DNA of 64,000 bases from Trichoplax adhaerens (Eukaryota; Animalia; Placozoa), in assembly GCF_000150275.1 (NCBI RefSeq), contig NW_002060972.1, positions 467,394 through 531,393 of the forward strand, read 5' to 3'. Made by a program: the position numbers and the translations under genes. The notes below the pieces were generated by a model. The model had not been told where the DNA came from. It did not search any database and was given only the letters and a program-made list of their open reading frames with translations. Positions 55,230 to 64,000 of this stretch are shown in pieces (position 1 is the first letter of the stretch; every line of letters begins with the position of its first letter).

Positions 55230-56300
55230 ATGGCATCTTTAGCACCAATGTCATCTATCAATTTTAACGTGATGGATACTGCTATGCCGGAGAACAATAA
55301 GACATTCTTATATCAACTTGCACTGCGAGCGAGGACTAACTATACGAGCTATTAGTATGCCGATAATGTTTGTATATATACACTTCTTTGGCTGCTGTTC
55401 AAATGCTTTCATCTTTTGAACTTTTCTGAAAGAGAATTAGCTATATACTCCAAAATTTCACTTTGTTATCAAATTGGCTATCTCTGACTGCTTGATTTAA
55501 TTTGGTATCATCCTTGATTGCAACAAGTAAGTATATTTAAGTGATTTCATTAGATTCTGACGAAATGTTTATAGCTTTTTGTAAAATACTACCTTTCCTC
55601 AATCTTACCGGCTATACCACATCTACGATAACCTTAGCTAGTATAAGTAATGAAAGACATTGTACTATTTCTAAACAAATTCACCATCATCCCTTTTTGA
55701 ATAGTAAAGTAAAATTAAGATTTGCCATTGATTTAAGCTGGTTTTCTTGGGATAATTACAACTGCAGCTGTTTTCTTTATTATGATAGTATCAAGCGCTG
55801 TCTATGGTTTTGCAGCATTGCTAATTCGAGGCACAACCCACCTTATATTGTCTATTTTACGTCGATATTTCTAATTTCTTATCTAATACCATTAATTATT
55901 ATAACACTGAACTACACTATGGGTCATTATCTATTTAACTCGTCATATTGCTGAAAAGGGTACAAATTCTTCGCATATGCTTGCTAAAGTTCATTGAAGA
56001 CAACATTTGTGCTTCATCAAAATGTTACTGCCGGTTACCAGTATTTTTCTTGTAATTTCACTTCCTTATGTCTACTTTATCTAGTATTGGCTTTAGTGCT
56101 AAAAATTCTGTTGATTTAATTTCAAATTATAATCCTTCACAGTCTATTTTTGCTCAATTTGGATTTTTAATTACGATTTTGTCTTGTCTACAAAATCCGA
56201 TTTTATTTGTTACTTTTAATTCTAAATTTCGCCTAAGCACAACCTTGCTATGCCTTATCAATATTCAAATACAAGTCTAAAAAGGAGAATAACAATTAAA
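55230..56300 (+). pseudogene. GPCR pseudogene, paralog of 58593-59657
   Basis: Fragments FFGCCSNAF..YTPKFHFVIKLAISDCL, FCKILP..TLASISNER, YLIPL and FGFLITILSCLQNPILF align with the intact neighbour. Multiple stops and frameshifts. Confidence 0.88.
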
Positions 56301-58592
56301 TGAAAATTGGTCTACAAGATAAAAGACCCTCAAAAGAATAAGACAGTAGAGTAATTTTTTAATTATATGACTGCTCCTTATTGTTATCGGGGTACAAGGG
56401 TATAAATGCAGTGCAGATCTTTGTTTGCTATCCGATTTTTATGATACTCGACTTGATTTTTGTTGTAAGATATTTAGGACTACAACCAGCCCAAGTAAAA
56501 TCAAGGTAGCTGGAGATACCTAAACCTTTCTTTCTTCGTATCTACTTAACATTGCCGGTAGATGCCTAAAATTTAATAATTTTTTTCTTTGAATTTTTAA
56601 GCTTACAACTTCAGAAAATAACCGAAATGCGAGCACTAAAGGCAAGATACATGTTGAAACAAAATTTTTGATGTTATATGGACATTCTGTAGTTGAATAT
56701 GTAAAGATTGTCTGTTGACCGTAAATTAAAATCTAAAGTTACTAAACTAATAAATGCTTTGCATTGCCAATAGGTGTTTTTATGTATTGAAAGACAATTT
56801 TGCTTTTCGTTATTCATTATTAAGTGGGTATTATAATGCCAATATGATAAGATATTGCGAATTAGAAGGAATTTAATTTCGTTGCCGAACAACATTAGAA
56901 ACCCCGTCTTGTTGGTATATCATAATAGTAAATGCTAATCGTATTAATTCAGCTCGCAGTTGTAAAGCGTACACCTTTTGAATAGCAGAAAATATGAATC
57001 TGGAATATTTGTAAGGAAATAGAATATTATTAACTCATTTTCTTACCATTTTACTTAACTATATACATTATGTACAGTTTATCAAATTCTGTCGTATGTT
57101 TTCAATTCACCTGCTTTAATCACCCGCTTTCAAGTGATTCAAGTCTTCGTAGTGTTCGTGAATAACAGATAAACGATTACAATATTAATCTACCGTTATT
57201 TAACATCAGCTTACACGTGTGTGCTTCACCAAAAACTGATAATTGAATTAATCGAGTACAATCAATCTAACAAAGAACTTGTTTTCATTGTTTAGAATAT
57301 GATTATCGAGTCAAAGCAGGGCTACGCGTATGCATGCTTATTTTTATAAATATTTAATTGTTAATGAAATTTCTAAACGTAAGGAAGACATACAATTACC
57401 TTTCATATTGTACAGAAATCAAATGCTAATATAGCAGGAATGGAAATGATAACGTCATCATCATTCAAATTTCTTCGCTCTTTATCATATACCTTGCTAA
57501 ATTCTAAGGTATGTTAGAACCTATAAACGTATTAAGTAAGCTAATATAATGGAATGCGATTATTAAAATTCGATGAATTTTTCGATTAGTTTCCTCTTTT
57601 CTTTATGAAATTGATAGCTTCTGTAAATTATTATTCCTTAATAAATCCATGAAAAAATTATAATCTATTTTGAGGAAGTTGTTTACTAAGCGTCAATTAG
57701 TTTGATTTCCTGGCATATTTATGAAGTCGATTTACCTAAAAATATTATTCCTATTTCTCGCTGGATTTGCTAATTTTGCGATCCAAAATCAATATTTTAA
57801 GCTGTAGCTTGAATCTCAATTTGTAAGGGGTTTAAAAAAACATAAAATACATCTACTGCTAGCTACTTCATAGATTGTACTAGCTGTTCATATCTTGCTC
57901 TTAAAATACTTTATATTCTAATTATTAGACTGATATCATTTGAAAAGAATCAGTCTGAAGTTTTATAACAGAAAATATAATTAATTTCTTCTATCGTGAG
58001 TTACTGTCAATTTTGGGTTTATCTTCATTTATTCTTTAAGCTATCCCACACAATGACTCTCGTTGTTATAAATCTTTATTTCTAATCTGATTTTCATTAT
58101 AGTGGCGTTATACTTACTTTGAGGCTAGAAGTCATATTTAAAGAGAAAATATGATTTTCTACTAAAACCACAAACAAATTAACTGTAGTGATTGTCCTTT
58201 ATTCGTATTTCCAGTGACACATTGACGAAAATCATTTAATACCATTCTTTAAATCCTTCTTTTGAATATTGAATAAGAGTATTTTATCTACCGAGTGATT
58301 TTAACAAAGAAAAAATTAATTATTACCATGCTTAAATATTTGACGTTAATGAAAAGATAATGCAATCATAAATCGCTATACCAAGATATATAATAACATA
58401 ATAAATATAATAACATCGTCTAGAAAAATATTGTTTTCAAGTTAGTTATACCTTATAAAGTAACGTTGATGAGTTTAAAATATATAAAGCTTTCAGAATT
58501 TTCAAGGAAGATAAGTTGAAATATACATAGCATCGACTTCGTTTATATTTTCCGCAAGAACATAAATACCCAGGTATTCTGGTTATTTAAAA

Positions 58593-59657
58593 ATGTCGTA
58601 TGTATCCCAGCGATTTATAATTAATTCTACTGCTCCAAAAGATATCAATGGATCAAAATGGCTCTCTAGGGAAAATAATCTTCAATCTATTTTAAATATT
58701 ACCTTACCCTTTCTGTTGACTTTTACTGTCTTTGGCTGTATGGCTAACAGCATCGTTTGTTGGATTATTTGGAAGAAACGAGAACTTCATACACCCACAT
58801 TTTATCTAATTATGAATATGGCCATATCTGATTGTGCCATATTATGCATGTCTTCATTACAATTACTCAATGATTATACGCTCCTTCGATTAAAGATTCG
58901 TCCACAAGAAATAAAATTTATCATTTTCTGCAGATTACTGCCAATTTTCTGCCTCACCGCTTATATCTCATCCACTTTCACTTTGGCAGCTATTAGCATC
59001 GAAAGATTCTATTCTATATCTTCATGGAGTAATAATAAATCGTATTTTAATACAAGAAAAAAACTAAGATTAGTTATTGGATTTAGTTGGCTAGTAGGAA
59101 TTATCGTAGCTTCACCATTTGCTGCTATTATAACGGTGCCAGGACGTTTTCCCTGGATATGTATCATTGTTAAAATTAACATTGTTTTGAGCTCAATTTA
59201 TTTCCTGACATTATTTTTGATAGCTTACTTGTGTCCTTTAGTTGTAATGGTTATCATGTACACTAAAATAATTTTATTTTTAAGAAGTCATTTTGTAATT
59301 CATCAACAAAACGATTTAAAAACTTACCAAGCTAACAAGAAACGCCATATCCGTATTGTTAAAAAGTTAATTTTATTAACGAGTTTATTTTTAACTCTAT
59401 CTTTTCCCCTTTTCTTTCTGTATTTGTTAATGGGATTTAGCGGTAAAAGTTCCTATAATTTTCTTAAGATAAAAAATCCACGTAATATTATCTTAAGTGA
59501 AGTTGGATTTTTACTCACTGTCGTTTCATGTTTACAAAATCCTTTGCTTTACTTCTCTTTTAATCCAGCGTTTCGTAAAGCGATTACAATCAACTGCCTA
59601 TGTTACCAACGATCGAAGCGCCAAATTAGTGTTAAGAGTGCTCCGGGCGGAAGCTAA
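58593..59657 (+). CDS. intronless rhodopsin-family (class A) GPCR, orphan, 354 aa
   Basis: 7 TM; GCMAN, NMAISD, FC..ISIERF, FSW, YLCP, QNPLLY, helix-8 FR. Confidence 0.93.
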   Translation: MSYVSQRFIINSTAPKDINGSKWLSRENNLQSILNITLPFLLTFTVFGCMANSIVCWIIWKKRELHTPTFYLIMNMAISDCAILCMSSLQLLNDYTLLRLKIRPQEIKFIIFCRLLPIFCLTAYISSTFTLAAISIERFYSISSWSNNKSYFNTRKKLRLVIGFSWLVGIIVASPFAAIITVPGRFPWICIIVKINIVLSSIYFLTLFLIAYLCPLVVMVIMYTKIILFLRSHFVIHQQNDLKTYQANKKRHIRIVKKLILLTSLFLTLSFPLFFLYLLMGFSGKSSYNFLKIKNPRNIILSEVGFLLTVVSCLQNPLLYFSFNPAFRKAITINCLCYQRSKRQISVKSAPGGS

Positions 59658-60025
59658 AAGTGTAGAACGGGATCTGATTGTTTCGCAATTCAAAACTGTT
59701 TCATTAAAGATAGAATTTTGGATAAATTAATTCGATCATAAAAGTTGTTAAACTGAATGTAGTCAATGAAACTAGATCGAAATTGTTATTTGATGAATAA
59801 TAAATCAAAATTGATGTTTGTTGTAAATGAAATATTATTACCAATTAACTTATTAGAGTACTTTACCGTAACTTTTTAAGCTTTCTGTGATGTAATAAAT
59901 TGAAGCATACTCCCAAAATTTCTATACCTAAAACTCTTTGTATAATAGCTTTAATACTTGACCTTCATTTTTAATACTATGCAAGATATTGGCATCCCCC
60001 TCAGTTGCTTAAATGAATTTATTCT

Positions 60026-60616
60026 TGTCACGGTACGCCGTTACTAATTAAGTAACTGTAAATTAATGAATGCTTATGAATAGATAAGATAAGGTTATGT
60101 GCTATGTTTTAATGTGCTTGTAGCTGATAATAGGATGGTAGAAATGAGATAAAAATAGAAGTTGTTAGCAGTTAATTTACTGTAGGTTTATAAGGTGTGT
60201 TAATCTCTAAAAATTGAGCTGTATATGGACGAAGGTTAAGCGTCTTAACACCTGATAGCTTGTAGCTATCTAAGTCTGAGAATATCGACATGTATATTTA
60301 GTAATGGTATTATACTAATTAATGTAACTTGTAAAGCATGAATTCTCACTCGTTAATATTGGAATCCACTGTACTAGAAACCTATTTAAGCGCGTGTGTT
60401 TGTAGAATAAAGAAAGTAATTGCTCAAGAAACGGCAAGACTCATATCGTGAAGAATAGTGTAATAATTAGTCAGTGGTCTATGGAGATCAGCCAAGAAAT
60501 CGAGTTCTCAAATACTTCTCTCATAGAAACTGAAAGTACTGGGAGAAATAGCCCAAGTTTTAAGTAACTACACTAGAGTTCTTTACTTTCCTTTGCCACA
60601 AGTGAAGGTTGTGACA
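60026..60616 (+). mobile_element. solo LTR (591 bp)
   Basis: Termini TGTCAC...GTGACA, TSD ATTCT (60021-25, 60617-21), AATAAA at 60406. Confidence 0.85.
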
Positions 60617-62964
60617 ATTCTGTATTTATTTAATTAGAAAGATTCCCATTGGCAGTTATAAATTTTTCCTATTTAAATAATTTAAGATCGTTTCTGTTGG
60701 AATGAATTTTGAAAAACATATTCAAAACAATAATTAGTAGGATAAAATGATCATAAATATAAATTTGAGTCTTTTACGGCTTCTTTTAGAATGTTATGAA
60801 ATACTCGCACTAATGTTAGAACTGCGGAGCAGTTTCGGCCATTGTTTCAAAAAGGTAAAAACAATCCTATTATTCAAATTATAAATGTAAGCTTTGCATT
60901 AATGCTGCGAAATTCATATTACGGATATTACAAATATCTGACGATGGCGAGAACATCCTGCATTCAATCAAATACATATAAAAGCCGGCGTAGATAGAAT
61001 TCAGTATACAACAGTAGATGCTTGCCGTGTACTTAACAGCATCTATTCATTTAAAACAATTCACCTCGATCTTCAATACCCGACAAAAGATGCGGTTTAT
61101 GGTTTCGGTCGATATTTGTTTATGTGTATTTTCAATTTTGGTAACTGAAGAGAATATTTTGAAAAGTAAGGTTGCTCATTGTGTTTTTAAAATATCAATT
61201 TATATGAATATATAACATTACTTTAGTATTTGTATAGAATACTGCTATCTATGACGTAATATATTCTTCTATAGATAACTGCATAGTTTTATAGTAATGT
61301 CTGAGTACTGATAACTAATAATATTTTATCTGTATAATAAACTGACAGATTTTTCTACAAAGTTTAGGATCAGTTTTGTCTAAGAGAATCTTGTGGTATT
61401 TCTATCTCTCCTGGCAATAGGAATTCGTTAATTTAGAGTAAATAGAGTCGTACAGCAAATAAATATCGGAGAATATAAATCTGATAGTAGGCTCGTTGTC
61501 ATGTAATTTTCTGCAGTAATCTAATATTTCCTTATTAATAACTTCGATTTGCAACCGTAATCTATTGCAAATACAGTACCGTCTAGACTTATCAGAAATT
61601 TATACGGATAACAGAACGCATTTTTAATCTTGTGAAATATCCAAAGCTCTTAATTGTGTCTATCACAAATTTGTGATCTGCCATAGAAAGGAAACAAGGA
61701 ATTCATAATAAACAAAATTTTAAGCTTGAATGATTCAATTATTAGAAATACTTTATAAATAACGACATATTAAATAGAAATATGACTTCATTTACTAGAT
61801 ATTAATATTTTAAGTGTTATTGTTCATAATAGAAGGAAATTTTAATGATACTAATTATAAATGTTGAGTTACTGTGCTTCTCTACGCACGAAAATTTAAT
61901 AATGTGTCTTGAATAATGTTCATTAATCTTTGTTAATGATATCCACTCTTAACCCCACCAGCTTCAAGGCACAGTCAGCTCTTTAAGTTTTCCTGATACG
62001 TCGATATTTTAACCTAGTCATGATGGCAGTTCAAAATAGTAATAGCAAATTTAAGTTAATTAATTCGGCACTCGAAATTGAATTATTGATTCAAACTTCT
62101 TATTTTGATTTAAACAAAAGTTAATTATGATCTTATATCCAAGAGAAAGAGTTGTACTGCCATTTTATACCTTGAGACTTTGTATTTAATATAAAATCTA
62201 GTCATATTTATTTTTAGACAAATTGGATGAGTGTAATATAAGCTTTTCATCACTAAGTATAACATTAATTCTAGTTGTATGATATAATTTTACAAGAATA
62301 TTATAGATATAATCAAATTATGTTCATTTACCTGAGAAATTCTTCTAATTTCAATGCTGCAGTATTTGAAAGCGATCAAAAACATTATTTTTTTATCCTT
62401 CTCCAACTTTTCGACTTTTAGGAGACTTTTAAAATAGAATAATTCATCAATTGATAATACCAATAGCAGCTAATTAAAAGCGAATTAGATGTGCATTCTT
62501 ATACTGATACAAGATAGACGGTTACTTTGTTATGATAAGAAGGAAGACAAATTTTAGTAGGCATTTCGATGATATTCGAAATAAAATTATTCAGTATTTT
62601 ATGCGCCAATAGCGGCTGATTATCTTGAATTTGATATAATTTATTCGTTGGTAATATGTAATTGAGAATCAATAATATATCAACTTTCGAAAGTTTTAGT
62701 TCTGTATTTTTGTATAATTTTTGAGACAATTAAACTGATTCCATTATCTCTTCATCACTTAATCATTAAATTAATGCATTGCTTTTAGACGTTACAGTCT
62801 TCTTGATATTGCAGAAAGCTCTTTCAATACTCCTGAAACTATGGTGCATAAAATTCCTCTGCATATAAGAAATCGAATATGATTGAGTGACAATTAAGGC
62901 AATTAAAAGTATCCGGGGTAATTTTAAATCTTGTAATTACAGTTGAATTAAATTGATTTATTAT

Positions 62965-64000
62965 ACTGTGATGAAATGAAATAAGTAGAATCAAGCTACT
63001 AAATTTCTATCAAACTTTCATTCTACTTTCTTTGCAGTCTGGTCGACTTGACCAAACTTTCACAACAAATAAAATTGGTGAAACAACCGATCAATAATTT
63101 ATTGAGAAAACGTGAGAGAGTCTAATCAAACAACCTTCCAAATACTTAATTCTAAGTATTATAAGTAACGAAATCGAAAAAATGACAGAACTAAAACTTT
63201 CAACAACCAAACAACTTAACAAAAACAAGAACGTTTTAACTTACAACAGCTCAACCACGAAGGCCTTTAAAATTTAACAAGTTCTTCAAAACAATCTTCT
63301 TTTACTCTCTACTCTAAATTTTCTGATTGTACTATCGTTTATAGGCTTTGCAGAGCCCTCAGTGGTTCTCAAAATTAAATATTTATTAACCAATCACTCT
63401 TAAGATCTTTTTTACAAAACTACTTTGCACCAACTAAGAAAATAAAAATCATTCAAAGTTCACACACAAATTACCTTGTGATTCCCTTACAAAATACTAT
63501 AAATGTTATGTTCTTCAATAATAAGTTCACTCCGTGAGTAAGATTGATAACCGCATTTTATTATTAGTTGATCGGTATTTATAGCTACACAAGGTTACAC
63601 CTCGATACGATTACAGTTTATACTTCGCACTACAATTAGTAACTTATCAGTCCGCCTTTTACAACGTTATCACCTACTGTATTACAAGTACTACCATACA
63701 ATCATCATATACGTACATATATAGTGTTTCCTTTATTTATGCCTTTATGGTTAAGATATCGTATTTAATCTATTACGAACTATATATACAACAATAAAAC
63801 CATCAAACTAACTATAAAATACCTCAAGCTTCATTTCTAACTTAATTTCCACTCATTATAAATTACAAAAGTCTAAAAATTAACCTTTAAACATCACGAT
63901 TTAGTCGTAAAAATTACAGTCTAACTACTTAATAATCAACACAACCTCTGCCATTTGCCATCTTGTTTTCTATTTTTGTAACTAAACTTTCCTAATACGA
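62965..64000. repeat. dispersed A/C-rich repeat family, copy 2 (truncated by the window end; interrupted by a solo LTR)
   Basis: Colinear with 51611-52350 apart from the insertion at 63504-63793. Confidence 0.75.
63504..63793. mobile_element. solo LTR (290 bp), TGTT...AACA type
   Basis: TSD ATAAA (63499-503, 63794-98). Absent from the paralogous repeat copy at ~52143, which shows the empty site. Confidence 0.8.

Overview
AT-rich eukaryotic (animal) DNA with short GT-AG introns. The style, with intronless orphan rhodopsin-type GPCRs and compact introns, is consistent with a basal metazoan such as a placozoan; this is inference only. Genes: two tandem 9-exon Rh ammonia-channel paralogs (+), a multi-exon AMP deaminase (-, convergent with Rh2), a multi-exon cytosolic 5'-nucleotidase III (+), two intact intronless class A GPCRs and one GPCR pseudogene. 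Between AMPD and NT5C3 lies a ~8 kb decayed block. It holds a recognisable Polinton/Maverick-type packaging ATPase remnant, a hairpin and a ~1.2 kb higher-order satellite. The most striking signal is that this block, especially the satellite, carries stacked 5-bp insertions TA->TA(CAG/CTG)TA in mixed orientation at the same TA sites. These match the canonical Tc1/mariner excision footprint and may be an accumulated tally of repeated insertion/excision. At 42-45 kb there are five solo LTRs, each with a perfect 5-bp TSD; two of them are inserted 6 bp apart inside a third. Two more solo LTRs lie near 60 kb and 63.5 kb. The first 9 kb and 48-55 kb are mostly unexplained intergenic sequence.
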